Assembly (NCBI GenBank): GCA_965197985.1
Contig: CBDAOG010000008.1
Span: forward strand, 1,224,310 to 1,288,309
Origin: Dehalococcoidia bacterium
GTDB taxonomy: Bacteria > Chloroflexota > Dehalococcoidia > Lucifugimonadales > CAUZJF01
Length of the DNA: 64,000 nt
Direction of reading: 5' to 3'
Part shown: positions 39,197 to 49,816 of the stretch, piece by piece
Position numbering within the stretch: position 1 is the first letter of the stretch
How the letters are laid out: the number at the start of each line of letters is the position of its first letter
Program-made: the position numbers and the translations under genes
The notes under the pieces: generated by a model
Told to the model about the DNA's origin: nothing
Databases searched by the model: none
The model's input: only the letters and a program-made list of their open reading frames with translations

Positions 39197-39802
39197 ATGA
39201 CGGAAGAACCAGCGGCGTCCTTGAACGTCCGAGGCGGCCCCAATAGCGGCATGACGATACCCATGTCGTCCGGTGCTTTGATAATGGGGAGAGGGCCGGA
39301 CAACGATCTGGACGTCGACGACGAAACGGTTTCTCGAAGGCACGCCGTCGTCTCTATATCACCTTCCGGCTACGTTCTTCGAGACCTGGGCTCGGGGAAC
39401 GGTACCTACGTCAATCGCGACGAGATCGGCCAGGAGGGGCACGTCCGACGACACGGCGATAGGATCCGACTCGCCGGAAGCGACGCAACCTTCACGTTTC
39501 GTCAGAAGGCGATGGGCACCGTCAGAATGCACATGGAGGAGCCGCCCATCCAGCCGGAGCATCTGGAAGAGCTGGGGGACGAGGAGTCGAAGCTGATGGA
39601 GCTACTGGAGTCCAAGAAGGGCGAAGCGGTCAGTCGCGAGGACATCGCAAAGCATGTCTGGCCCGAAACCGACCTTGAGGAAGTCCTGTCGAACCAGCTG
39701 ATAGACAAAGCAGTTCTGCGCGTACGAGCCCACCTCCATGACGACCCGCGCAAACCCCGGAAGCTCATCACAGCGGGCGAATTCGGCTACTTGCTAGTCT
39801 GA
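39197..39802 (+). CDS. FHA domain plus OmpR-type winged-helix protein
   Basis: GR..DND...VSRRHA...DLGS.NGTYVN; SREDIAKHVW...RVRAHL...PRKLIT...GY. Confidence 0.85.
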   Translation: MTEEPAASLNVRGGPNSGMTIPMSSGALIMGRGPDNDLDVDDETVSRRHAVVSISPSGYVLRDLGSGNGTYVNRDEIGQEGHVRRHGDRIRLAGSDATFTFRQKAMGTVRMHMEEPPIQPEHLEELGDEESKLMELLESKKGEAVSREDIAKHVWPETDLEEVLSNQLIDKAVLRVRAHLHDDPRKPRKLITAGEFGYLLV

Positions 39803-39814
39803 CGCCTAATTGGG

Positions 39815-41049
39815 CTAGTGGTCCAACATCATTGAAATGAATACCATGATAGTCATTGTTCCTCTTGGGGGTTCAATCGTAACGTTGAACCGAGGAGGAA
39901 CCATGATGTCTACCAAGAGGTACCGTATCAGACTGACTACCGACGAACAACAGGACGCCTTGGTCTCACGCGGTCGGGCTGCGGCGTACAAACAGACCCA
40001 TGCGCGCATTCTGCTGATGAGCGATGAGTCACGCTCGGACGGGGGAATGAAGGACGCGGACATCACCAGCGCGCTCGGTGTGGGACAGTCAACGGTCGAG
40101 CGAATACGCAAGCGCTGTGTAGAGGAGGGGGTCGAGTCTGCGCTGAATCGCAAAAAGCAACTGCGTCGGCGTCAAAAGAGACTGGACGGCGAAGGTGAAG
40201 CACGGTTGATAGCGATGGCCTGCGGGGAACCGCCGGAGGGGCGTGCCAGTTGGACCCTGAAGCTGTTGGCTGACCAGTTGGTCGAGTGTGAGATAGTCGA
40301 GACCATTAGCACCGAGACGGTTCGCCAGGCGCTTAAAAAAACGAACTGAAGCCGTGGCTGAAGCAGAGTTGGTGCATCCCGCCCGGTCAGAGCGCGGAGT
40401 TTGTGTGCGCGATGGAAGACGTACTGGAGGTCTACCAACGGCCGTACGATGGGAATGAGGTTCTGGTGTGCATGGATGAGACGAGCAAACAGCAAGTCAA
40501 GGAGACGCGAGTGCCGCGTCCCGCAGCGCCCGGCTTATCGGCGGCATACGACTACGAATACGAGCGCAATGGAGTGAGCAGCCTGTTCATGCTGTTTACA
40601 CCGTTGGACGGATGGCGCCGAGTCGAGGTCAGAGAGCGTCGCACGAAGGTGGACTGGGCGCATGTGATAAAGAAACTGGTCGACGAGGACTACCCCGACA
40701 GAGACCGGATCGTGCTGGTAATGGACAATCTCAACACTCACAAGCTGTCCTCGCTATACGAGGCATTCGAGCCTGCTGAGGCGAGGCGTATAGCTGAGCG
40801 ACTGGAGATACACTACACTCCCAAACACGGGAGTTGGTTGAATATGGCGGAGATAGAGATCGGTGTGCTGGCTCTACAGTGCCTGGACCGACGGATTGCC
40901 AATCAAGACATCCTGCGCGGCGAGGTCAATGCTTGGCAGAATCAACGCAACCGGGATGTGATACGAGTGGATTGGCGCTTCACTACCGAGGATGCGCGCA
41001 TCAAACTAAAGTCACTCTACCCATCAATACAAAAAAGTTGAACCACTAG
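39815..41049 (+). mobile_element. IS630-family element with two-ORF transposase (39903-40349, then -1 frame to 41041)
   Basis: CTAG at both ends, IR ctagtggtccaac / gttgaaccactag; A7C site at 40335; CMDE, MDNLNTH, HGSWLNMAEIE. Confidence 0.9.
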
Positions 41050-41061
41050 CTTCCAACGCGA

Positions 41062-41769
41062 TTGCCATACAGCTTCGTCCTTGTACACAGCCCTCTCGTA
41101 GGGCCCTACTCGTGGTCGTTGGTCGGTAATGAACTTACGAGGCTGGGCCATCGAGTAGTCATCCCATCTCTGTTGCCGGCGCTCGATAGATCGTCCGGCT
41201 TTGCCGATTCCATCGCTGAACACGTTCGAGAGGCAGTAGCGGAATCGGTGCTACCAAACCCTGTCGTACTTGTCGGGCACAGTGCCGCCGGCGCCTACCT
41301 GCCGCCAATTGGATCACATCTTGACCGGACCGTCTCTGCTTACCTTTTCGTCGACGCTCGGCTTCCGAGGAGCGGCGCCAGCCTTGCGGACCAAGACTCG
41401 CCTGAGGAAGAACAACACCGTCGGCTGATGGCCGCGGATGGGTTGCTTCCGCCTTGGTCGAAGTGGTTCCGTGACGGTGTTGTGGAAGAACTAATTCCCC
41501 AAGAGAAACGTCGGAAGCGGTTCGTAGAAGAGCTCCCTCATATCCCCTTGGCTCTATTTCACGAGGAGATAACGTTCACGCCACAATGGCCAGATGCTCC
41601 AGTTGGCTATCTCCGTTTCAGCGGATTCTACGAGCCACAGGCTCGAGAAGCTGCGATCGAAGGGTGGCATGTGGATGAAATCGATGGTAAGCACCTGCAC
41701 TTGATTACGCATCCTCAGGAGGTCACCGAGCTCGTGCTTGATGCTCTTGATCGGATGGACCTCGTGTGA
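41062..41769 (+). CDS. Alpha/beta hydrolase
   Basis: LVHSP, GHSAAG nucleophile elbow, C-terminal His. Confidence 0.82.
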   Translation: MPYSFVLVHSPLVGPYSWSLVGNELTRLGHRVVIPSLLPALDRSSGFADSIAEHVREAVAESVLPNPVVLVGHSAAGAYLPPIGSHLDRTVSAYLFVDARLPRSGASLADQDSPEEEQHRRLMAADGLLPPWSKWFRDGVVEELIPQEKRRKRFVEELPHIPLALFHEEITFTPQWPDAPVGYLRFSGFYEPQAREAAIEGWHVDEIDGKHLHLITHPQEVTELVLDALDRMDLV

Positions 41770-41917
41770 TTGGCTATAGTAGGTCTAGAGCCAGAAGATG
41801 ATGAACAGGCGGTTCGTCCCGCACGGAGGCAACCTTCGAGACAGGTTGGGAGCCATAGTCCCTGAGTTCCCATCAGGGCGAGTAGGTAGCACGTCAAAGG
41901 AGAACTGATACCTAGCT

Positions 41918-42724
41918 ATGCTAACCACAGGCCAAAAGGCCCTCTTCGATACGTTTGGGTTCCTCTTCATCAAGGGTCTCTTCTCGCAGGGCGAGGTTTC
42001 CGAAATTGTCGAGGAAGCCGAGCACCTGTGGGAGCAGGAACGCAGCCGTCCCGATTTCAACCTGTCGGACGACGGCAGCCAGCACACCGGGCCGTTCGTA
42101 GAGCTGAGCCCAAAGCTATTCCGGCTAGTGGACGACGAGCGCATCTACCCCGCCGTCGACCGGCTCATCGGCCCCGACATGGTCTGGGCCGGCTCCGAAG
42201 GCAACATCACCGGCTATGGCGCGGCGCGTTGGCATCCTGACCGCAGGAATCATGCGCCCGGCGACCTCGATTACCCGCGCCTGAAGGTCATGCTCTACCT
42301 GGACGAGGTACACGCCGACAGCGGCGCCCTTCGAGTGATTCCCGGCTCGCACCGCAGCCCTTTGCATGACGGTCTCTACACCATGCTCGACTCCGCCGCC
42401 TGGGAGCCCATCCCAGAGGCCGACAACGAAGCCGACATGCCCTTCGGCGTCGCTGGCGATCGGATGCCCTGCTACGTCGTGGAGTCCAATCCGGGGGACG
42501 TGCTCTTCTTCAACCAGTGTCTGTTCCATGCGGCCTACCACGCCAGCTCGGGACGACGATATATCGCGTTGAAGTTCGCGGGAAAGCCCACCACCGACCA
42601 GCACATCGACGCCCTCCGCCGCAATAGCGCGAAAGCCTTGACACCCCACGAATCGCTCCTGACCAGCGAGAACCCTCGCGTCCGGGCCTTGGTGCAGCCC
42701 CTGGCCGACATCGGTCCGGCGTAG
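41918..42724 (+). CDS. Phytanoyl-CoA dioxygenase (PhyH) family Fe/2OG enzyme
   Basis: WHPD, GALRVIPGSH, PGDVLFF..CLFH. Confidence 0.88.
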   Translation: MLTTGQKALFDTFGFLFIKGLFSQGEVSEIVEEAEHLWEQERSRPDFNLSDDGSQHTGPFVELSPKLFRLVDDERIYPAVDRLIGPDMVWAGSEGNITGYGAARWHPDRRNHAPGDLDYPRLKVMLYLDEVHADSGALRVIPGSHRSPLHDGLYTMLDSAAWEPIPEADNEADMPFGVAGDRMPCYVVESNPGDVLFFNQCLFHAAYHASSGRRYIALKFAGKPTTDQHIDALRRNSAKALTPHESLLTSENPRVRALVQPLADIGPA

Positions 42725-43019
42725 CCACAGAAGGCTGTCTATTCGCCTTCGGACGCCCTCGGGACCAACGGCGTCCCATCCCGCCCACTGGCCTCGACGC
42801 GAACACCCACCCTCCGTGATTCGAGGCGGCCATCTCGTTCGGAGCCTCGATATCGAGGTTCGAGCTGTTGCTCGCCTTGACCACCACGACGTTTGGACCG
42901 GCCGTCAGCTTCACGTCCAAGGTCTGGGGTACACAAGTCCGGCACCTTCGTGGCCGCGCACGCCAATAGCACCGTAATCTGGATGCAGCGGTCGGGCCGC
43001 AGGGCGTGAATCCGAACGC

Positions 43020-43120
43020 TCTGCGGCCTCCGCGAGTTCGGCGGGTGAGCCTCCGGCGTGTATAATCTCGGCGAACGTCGCCACGTCAAGGATCCCGTGG
43101 CCACCGCCAAGACTGCGTCT
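43020..43120 (+). repeat. Duplicated copy of the polA promoter and first codons
   Basis: 39 bp identical (43044-43082 = 43663-43701) including TATAAT; VATAKTAS versus MASAKTAS. Confidence 0.85.
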
Positions 43121-43163
43121 CCCCGACTCAACGCATCAAACCCCAGCCCTGGCTCCATAACCG

Positions 43164-43416
43164 ATGAATCGTAGACAGTTGCTGAGGCGCCTGTCCCAAG
43201 GCGCGCTGCACAACGTCGCTTTCGACGATATGGTAGATTTGGTGGAGGGATTCGGGTTCAGGATGGCTCGGACATCTGGCCGGCACCGGATATTCTCAAG
43301 GACAGGGGTTTTGGAGGCCGTGAACCTGCAGTCCCGGCCGAGGCGAAGCCAAGCCATATCAGATACGCCAGTTTCTCAGCCTCGTTGAGCGATACAATCT
43401 GAGGCTAGAGGACTAG
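43164..43416 (+). pseudogene. hicA: HicA-family toxin, frameshifted near 43340
   Basis: GFGF...SGRHRIF...VNLQ continues in another frame as GEAKPYQIRQFLSLVERYNL. Confidence 0.78.
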
Positions 43417-43418
43417 AC

Positions 43419-43637
43419 GTGAAGGACTACCACATCAACGTCTTTTACAGCGAAGAGGATGAATGCTACGTTGCCGACATCCCCGACCTTCAGTACTGCT
43501 CCGCCTTTGGAGACACCCCGGAGCAAGCATTCGCGGAAGTCAGAACAGCGATGGCGGCCTGGATCGACGCCGCGAAGGCCGAGGGCAAGCCGGTACCGCC
43601 ACCACGCTACCGCCCCGCCATCTACCAGTCCGCCTGA
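43419..43637 (+). CDS. hicB: HicB-family antitoxin (short form)
   Basis: YVADIPDL..CSAFGDTPEQA...AW...G..VP.P. Confidence 0.88.
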   Translation: MKDYHINVFYSEEDECYVADIPDLQYCSAFGDTPEQAFAEVRTAMAAWIDAAKAEGKPVPPPRYRPAIYQSA

Positions 43638-43717
43638 CCTTCGCGGTCTCTGCGAGCTCGGCGGTGAGCCTCCGGCGTGTATAATCTCGGCGAACGTCGC
43701 CCCGCCGAGGCTCACCG

Positions 43718-46504
43718 TTGGCAAGCGCCAAGACCGCGTCGGCTAACAAGCCCCTGCTCCTCCTGATGGACGGCCACGCCATGGTCCATCGGTCTTGGCA
43801 CGCCATCCAGCAGCCGTTGACCATCAACCGAACGGGCGAGGAGGTCCACGGGGTATACGGCTTCCTTAACACCTTCCTGCGCACGCTGGCGGACTTCCAC
43901 CCGACTCACTGCGCCATCTCGTTCGACTTGTCCGGCCCGACGTTCCGACACCTCGAGTACGACGAGTACAAGGCCCAGCGCCCCAGAACGCCAGACGAGC
44001 TTCGCGCCCAGTTCCCCCACGTTCGCAGGTTCATGGAGGTCTTCGGCGTCCCCACGTACGAACAGCAGGGCTACGAGGCCGACGACGTGCTGGGGACACT
44101 TTGCCGTCAGGCCGAGGAGCACGGAATCGACGCCCTGGTCCTCACCGGCGACACCGACGAGTTGCAGCTCGTGTCGCCAAACGTGAAGCTGTTGCTCACG
44201 ACTGGGGTACAAGGCCGCACGGTATATGACGTGGACAAGGTAAGGGAACGGTACGACGGTCTGGGCCCAGAGGCCGTACCCGATATCAAAGCGCTCGAAG
44301 GGGACACCTCGGACAACATCCCAGGGGTGCCCGGCGTCGGAAAGAAGACGGCCATCAAGCTCCTGACCGAGTTCGGCTCGGTCGAGGGGATACTCGAGAA
44401 CCTCGACGAGGTGAGCCCACCGCGAGTCCAGAAGAACCTCGCTGAGAATCGCGAGCTGGCGCTGCGGGGCAAATTTCTGACGACGATCGTTCGGGACGTG
44501 CCGGTCGAGCTCGACCTGGACGCCACGCGTTTCTGGACATACGACCGTGCCAAGATCGTGGAGGCGCTGAGGGAGTTCGAGTTCTTCAGCATGGTCGACC
44601 GGATCCCGAGCCCAGACGGCGATACCGCCACCGCCACTCAGGCCACATTCCCAATGGACATGGCGCCGCGCAACACCCACTACACGGTCGTTGATACGCC
44701 GGAAGCCCTCGATTCGCTCGTGAAAGAGCTCACTTCGTCCGGCGGCTTTGCCTTCGACGCCGAGACCACCGCCGCCAACGCCATGTCCGCCGATCTCGTC
44801 GGCATCGCCTTCTCCAACGCCGCCGACCACGGCTGGTACGTCCCCCTCGGGCATGACGACGGGCGGCAGCTTCCCCTGGACGACACGCTGGCCACGCTGC
44901 GGCCGGTACTGGAGGACGAATCCGTCCCCAAGATCGCCCACGACGCCAGTCATGACATGACGATGCTTTCCAGGCACGGGATCAACGTCAAGCCGCTGGC
45001 CTTCGACACCATGCTCGCCGCCCACGCCGGTGGAAGAAAGGCGACGGTGCTGAAGTCCCTGGCCCTGGAGCTCCTCCAAGTGGAGGTGCCGCCGGTCTCC
45101 GACCTGATCGGCAGCGGCCGCAAGCAGGTCACCATGGCACAGGTGGCTATCGACCAGGCGACCGGATACGTCGCAGGCAACGCCGACCTCACTTATCAAC
45201 TCTACGGCATCCTGGACGCAGAGGTTGAGCAGAAGGGTGTGAAGAACGACCTCGATACGGTCGAGATGCCCATGATCCCCGCCCTGGTCCGTATGCAAGC
45301 CAACGGCATCGCCCTGAACGTGGGCCTGCTCAAAACGATGTCTGTCGATCTGGCGGAAAAGGTCGCCCACATCGAGTCGGGAATGTACGAGCTGGTCGGC
45401 CACGAGTTCAACATCGGCTCGTCGCAGCAGCTCGGAGACGTCCTGTTCAAGGAGCTCGGCCTCCCGCCCACGAAGCGTACGCAGAAGGGCTACTCGACCG
45501 ATGCTTCGTCCCTCGAGGGTCTGAAGCACGTGATCGACCGGGGCGAGACCGAAGGCATCGACCCGAAGGCTCTAGAGGTCCTCGAACAGGTGCTCGAGTA
45601 CCGCCAGCTGACCAAGATCAAGTCCACGTACGTCGACGCGCTGCCATCACTAGTGAACCCTCGCACGGGTCGTATCCACACGATCTACAACCAGACCGGC
45701 TCGGCCACCGGCCGGGTCTCCAGCAACGACCCAAACGTGCAGAACATTCCCATCCGGACCGACCGCGGAAGGGACGTGCGCAGGGCTTTCATTGCGGAGG
45801 AAGCGCCTGACTGGACGCTCCTGGCCGCGGACTATTCGCAGATCGAGCTGCGCGTGCTGGCCCACCTCTCGGAGGACCCTGGCCTTGTCGAAGCGTTCCG
45901 CAGCGGCCAGGACATCCACGACGCCACCGCGTCGTCGGTTTACGGAGTGCACCTTGGCGAAGTGACCGCCGACATGCGTCGCGTCGCCAAGATCATGAAC
46001 TTCGGAGTCGTGTACGGACTCAGCCCCTTTGGGATCAGCCGGCAGACCGGCCTGACCGCCGAGGAGGGCAAGGAGTTCACCGAGGCTTACTTCGGCAAGT
46101 ACCTAGGCATTCGAGACTATATCGACTCGATCAAGGCGCGGGTCCGCGAGACTGGGTACGTCGAGACCCTCAACGGCCGCCGCCGGTACATCCCGGAAAT
46201 CGGCTCCAGCAACTTCCAGGTCAGGTCTTCCGGCGAGCGGATGGCTATCAACATGCCCATCCAGGGAACGGCCGCCGACATCCTGAAGATCGCCATGGCC
46301 CACATCCAGGTACGCCTCGACGAGCTCAAGCTAAGGACAATGATGGTCGTTCAGGTCCACGACGAGCTGATCTTCGAGACGCCGCAGGACGAGCTCGACA
46401 CGCTGAAGGACGTCGTGCTCGAGCTGATGCCGTCCGCGATGGACCTGGTGGTCCCCCTCGATATCGAGCTAAAGTCCGGCGACACCTGGGGCGACATGGA
46501 GTGA
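43718..46504 (+). CDS. polA: DNA polymerase I
   Basis: 5'-3' exonuclease (EADD, GDTSDNIPGV), ATGRVSS..PN.QNIP, ADYSQIELR, QGTAADI, QVHDEL. Confidence 0.97.
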   Translation: MASAKTASANKPLLLLMDGHAMVHRSWHAIQQPLTINRTGEEVHGVYGFLNTFLRTLADFHPTHCAISFDLSGPTFRHLEYDEYKAQRPRTPDELRAQFPHVRRFMEVFGVPTYEQQGYEADDVLGTLCRQAEEHGIDALVLTGDTDELQLVSPNVKLLLTTGVQGRTVYDVDKVRERYDGLGPEAVPDIKALEGDTSDNIPGVPGVGKKTAIKLLTEFGSVEGILENLDEVSPPRVQKNLAENRELALRGKFLTTIVRDVPVELDLDATRFWTYDRAKIVEALREFEFFSMVDRIPSPDGDTATATQATFPMDMAPRNTHYTVVDTPEALDSLVKELTSSGGFAFDAETTAANAMSADLVGIAFSNAADHGWYVPLGHDDGRQLPLDDTLATLRPVLEDESVPKIAHDASHDMTMLSRHGINVKPLAFDTMLAAHAGGRKATVLKSLALELLQVEVPPVSDLIGSGRKQVTMAQVAIDQATGYVAGNADLTYQLYGILDAEVEQKGVKNDLDTVEMPMIPALVRMQANGIALNVGLLKTMSVDLAEKVAHIESGMYELVGHEFNIGSSQQLGDVLFKELGLPPTKRTQKGYSTDASSLEGLKHVIDRGETEGIDPKALEVLEQVLEYRQLTKIKSTYVDALPSLVNPRTGRIHTIYNQTGSATGRVSSNDPNVQNIPIRTDRGRDVRRAFIAEEAPDWTLLAADYSQIELRVLAHLSEDPGLVEAFRSGQDIHDATASSVYGVHLGEVTADMRRVAKIMNFGVVYGLSPFGISRQTGLTAEEGKEFTEAYFGKYLGIRDYIDSIKARVRETGYVETLNGRRRYIPEIGSSNFQVRSSGERMAINMPIQGTAADILKIAMAHIQVRLDELKLRTMMVVQVHDELIFETPQDELDTLKDVVLELMPSAMDLVVPLDIELKSGDTWGDME

Positions 46505-46521
46505 ATGGACGGGACCGAGCG

Positions 46522-46549
46522 TGTAGAGACGCCCCGCCGGGGCGTCTCT
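46522..46549 (+). repeat. GTAG-type REP palindrome after polA
   Basis: gtagagacgccccgccggggcgtctct. Confidence 0.6.
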
Positions 46550-46560
46550 GGTAGGGACAG

Positions 46561-46852
46561 CTAGGATGACGACGGAAGCCTTTGGACGACCTCGTCGGCC
46601 AGGGCAGCGAACGCCGCCTTCGCAGAGCTCTCCGTCTCACTGACCATCACTGGCACACCGGAGTTCGCCAGAGCGCTGGCCTGAGCGTCCAGCGGGACCT
46701 CGCCGATGACCGGAGCGCCCAGATCGGTGTACCGCGAGCCACGGCTGAACACCTCCTGTCGCTCGCCACAGTGGCCGCACACGAAGTAGCTCATGTTCTC
46801 AACGACGCCGATTACCGGCAGCGACACGCTCTCGAAACGTTTCAGCTCTCGG
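46561..46852 (-). pseudogene. Mrp/NBP35 (ApbC) ATPase, C-terminal remnant cut by IS21
   Basis: PVIGVVENMSYFVC..CG...GEVPLD; N-terminal P-loop absent. Confidence 0.82.
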
Positions 46853-46885
46853 TGTCAAGGGCGGTGTGAAAACGTACCAGCGGGG

Positions 46886-48862
46886 TGTCGACGTCCAGCG
46901 ATTATGTCAGGGTAATGGACCAGCGATTATGTCAGTGGTTGCTGTGTCAAGCCAATAGTTATCCAGTTCGATGATTGAGAAAGCCCCCACCTCCAGCTTC
47001 GTGTGACACCGTGGGTGGCAGTGATGGTGACTCGATCCGAGCGGAGCAGCCCGCGGATAAATGGACAACCCTGGCGGGATTGCCCACTTACCCACAGGCC
47101 GGTTGTTATGGACCGAAGGCGGTTCCACATGATCAAGAGTGAGCAGCGAGCTCCCTGTCCGGATAGACAGGTGGACTTGAAGCCTCAACGTACTTTCGGA
47201 CGGTGATGCGGGATATGCCCAATTCCCGGGCGATTGCCCGAAGAGAAAGGCCTCGACGCTTGGCCCTCTGCACTGCTTTCCAACGGGCTCGCTGACGAGG
47301 CGTCGGCGGTCTGGGTGGTTGAGCCTTAGGGTGGACGGCTTCACTCTCGCGATCCGTGGTCAATCTCCCTGCGGCGAGTCCCCGGCCGATCGCGGTCATC
47401 GCTCCCAGTCTTTCTCGCTCGTGACCACCGATCCCGTTGGTGTCCATGCCTGCAGCGAGGTTCTCCACGGTGACGCTGCCAAGACCTCGAGTGGCGTTCA
47501 GAGTCCGGAGGACACCAGGACGCGGTGGCGCTTCCTGGGTAGGGACGATTTGGTTTTGATAGCACACTACTAGTAGACCGACATCCTAGCAATGAAGGGT
47601 AACGAGAATACTGCGCGACGCTCCCATCCTAACCTTCCCCCTGACGGGAAGGGACTCACTGTTGCCGTGAGGTCTCGCCAATCCAGGCCAACCATCATTT
47701 CAAAGATTTCGTACCACTAGCTTGCCGTCCAATCGCTCCTGGACCACCACGTGCGCTCCAACGTAAGTGGACCGTTCGCTCGAAGGAAGCAGTTGGAGGG
47801 TATGCCAGTTGTACTTGACTGTGTTGTCTCTGGCCACCTTGCGGCTATGCTTGAAGCACAGTATGCCTGCCAGGTTCAGGTCCGGATCTGGAGAGCGATA
47901 TGCGTTGGTGGACTGTGCTGGTGGCACCCCGAAGCGCTTGTTGAAGCGGGTCAAGAAAGCCCACAGGACTTTGGTTGGCCTCTGAGATGGTTCTGGCCCC
48001 AGCCAGACGTAGTTCGGTCACCAGCCGATCCTGGAAGGTGCCGTTGGCCCGTTCTACCCGACCCTTCGCCTCCGGAGAACGCGCGAAGATCTGCTCCACC
48101 CCCAGCTCTGCCATCGCACGACCGAATTGGGTCGGCGCAGGCGATTGATGCGAGCCAGGTACATACTTGAAGACGGCGTGGCGGTCACTGTACAGGGCCA
48201 AAGGAACCCCACAACGCCGGATCAGCTCTTGCATGAGGAGGAAATAGCCATGAGTGTCCTCTTCATGGCGAAACAGTGCGTAGGGCACGGTGCTGGTGGC
48301 ATCATCGATTGCCAACAGCAGAGTGCATCGAGGGCCCCGTTCTTCTAGCCAGGCATGAACGCTGCCATCTACTTGCACCAACATGCCTTCCTGGCTCATG
48401 CGCTGGCGACGGACCCGATGCAGTGGGGGTCGACGTCGACGGGGGCTAGCCATGCCGGCGCCTACCAGAATACGCCGGACCGTAGAGCGCCCCAAGACGA
48501 TCTCTTCCCGCTCTGCCAGGAGCTCGGTTAGGTGCGTATGATTTACTCTTGCATACCGTGTGCGTGCCAGGGCCACAACTTGAGTCCTGGCCTCCTCCGG
48601 GATGGAGTTGTTCGCTCGGCGACCTCGGTTCCCATGAGCCAGTGCGGCGGCACCCTCCTTCCGATACTCCGCCAGGATTCGCCAAACGTGGCGTTCACTC
48701 ACTCCCAGAACCTCTGCCGCCTCATCCACTGATATCTGACCTTCCAGGATACCGTTGAGCACTTGGAGCCTTGCCTGTTCTTTCTGGGTCAATGTCAATC
48801 CTTTCATGAACTGACATTTTCCCTGACCTGTTAACTACTGACATAATCGTAGACCATCTACA
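46886..48862 (-). mobile_element. ISNCY / IS1202-like element with disrupted transposase (48807 to 47133)
   Basis: TGT...ACA ends, repeated cgattatgtcag boxes, 7-bp TSD agcgggg (46879-46885, 48863-48869); HGNRG, QVDGS.H.W, YSDRH, SPEAKGRVER; frameshift near 47968. Confidence 0.85.
47570..47720. mobile_element. IS630-related MITE inserted in the IS1202-like transposase
   Basis: CTAG at both ends; ends resemble the IS630 end at 39815; removal restores DGKLVVCYQNQ. Confidence 0.75.
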
Positions 48863-49215
48863 AGCGGGGCGGAGCAAAACTGTACCACTGAACGCCGTAG
48901 AATGGGCATCAAGGTTCGTGGGGCGTTGGAGATCAGGGTCAGTCAGATAGCTGGCGGCCAGAAGTCTTCTTGCTGTGCTTGAGTCGGTAGCTGTCCCCGT
49001 TCATCTCCAGGATGTCGACATGGTGGGTGAGGCGGTCGAGGAGAGCTCCGGTCAGCCGTTCAGAGCCGAACACCTCGGTCCACTCGACGAAGGGCTCACT
49101 TGGAGGTCACCAGGACCGATCCACGCTCGTAACGCTGGCTGAACACCTCGAAGAGCAGCTCGGCGCCAGTCTTGGACAAGGGCACGAAGCCCAGTTCGTC
49201 GATGATCAGAAGCTT

Positions 49216-49287
49216 GATTCTCTCGTAAAAAGTCTGTGCAGGTCGAATTAGAACAACCGTACCCTTGCCTGGGTACAATATACAGTC
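49216..49287. mobile_element. 161-bp MITE family, truncated copy (left 72 bp)
   Basis: Matches 549-620; right part missing. Confidence 0.88.
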
Positions 49288-49816
49288 GCTCTTCCAATAG
49301 CTTCAAATAGCGTTGGAATCCCTGCTCCCCTTCAATGGCGAGTCCTACGGAGTCGCGTACGTGCGATGACACGAACTGCTTTGGGACATCTATATTGTCG
49401 TATCGTTCATGGAGTAACGAATGCCGCAGGTCTTCTAGAGATTGCAGTATTTGGTCGTTTCGTAGTCGAAACGCGTCTAGATCATCGTCGGAGAAGACAG
49501 CATCTATTCCAGTTAGCCTTGAGTATTCCTCAAGCATGGCATACAAGAGGCACAGTGACATTTGCAGAGGACCGAAATGATATTTCTCCATTTCGCTGGA
49601 AGCGTCGAGGAGCATCCTCGTCCTTATGCCTCCAATGTCATTCGCCGCCTGAACTTGAACGTGAATAATGTTGTCGCGGTCTTTCGGCATTTCGGAGAAT
49701 CCGAGGTCAACCAACGTCTGTTGCAACTGCTGATGACGATCATAGGCGCTTGCGCCCGCATCGGAGAGAGTCGCTGGCAGAGGACCTTGCGCGCCAGATG
49801 CCTCGACAGCGTACAC
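49288..49816 (-). pseudogene. Hypothetical protein, lower GC, 3'-truncated at the MITE
   Basis: Open frame runs into the MITE remnant; start uncertain. Confidence 0.45.

Larger units (their letters stand above)
46853..49215 (-). mobile_element. IS21-family remnant (terminal repeat plus degenerate istB C-terminus), interrupted
   Basis: Terminus tgtcaagggcggtgtgaaaacgtacca with second repeat ggcggagcaaaactgtacca; LLIIDELGFVP, RYERGSVLVTS, LLDRLTHH. Confidence 0.82.

Noticed and set aside
41820-41895. c-di-GMP-I riboswitch
   Set aside because: Superficial similarity only; conserved junction nucleotides are not matched.
42739-42960. Short minus-strand frame (DVKLTAGPNVVVVKAS...GGWVF)
   Set aside because: May be a gene remnant, but has no start, RBS or recognisable family.
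46895-46935. Direct repeats ccagcgattatgtcag as CRISPR repeats or iterons
   Set aside because: Explained as sub-terminal boxes of the IS1202-like element.
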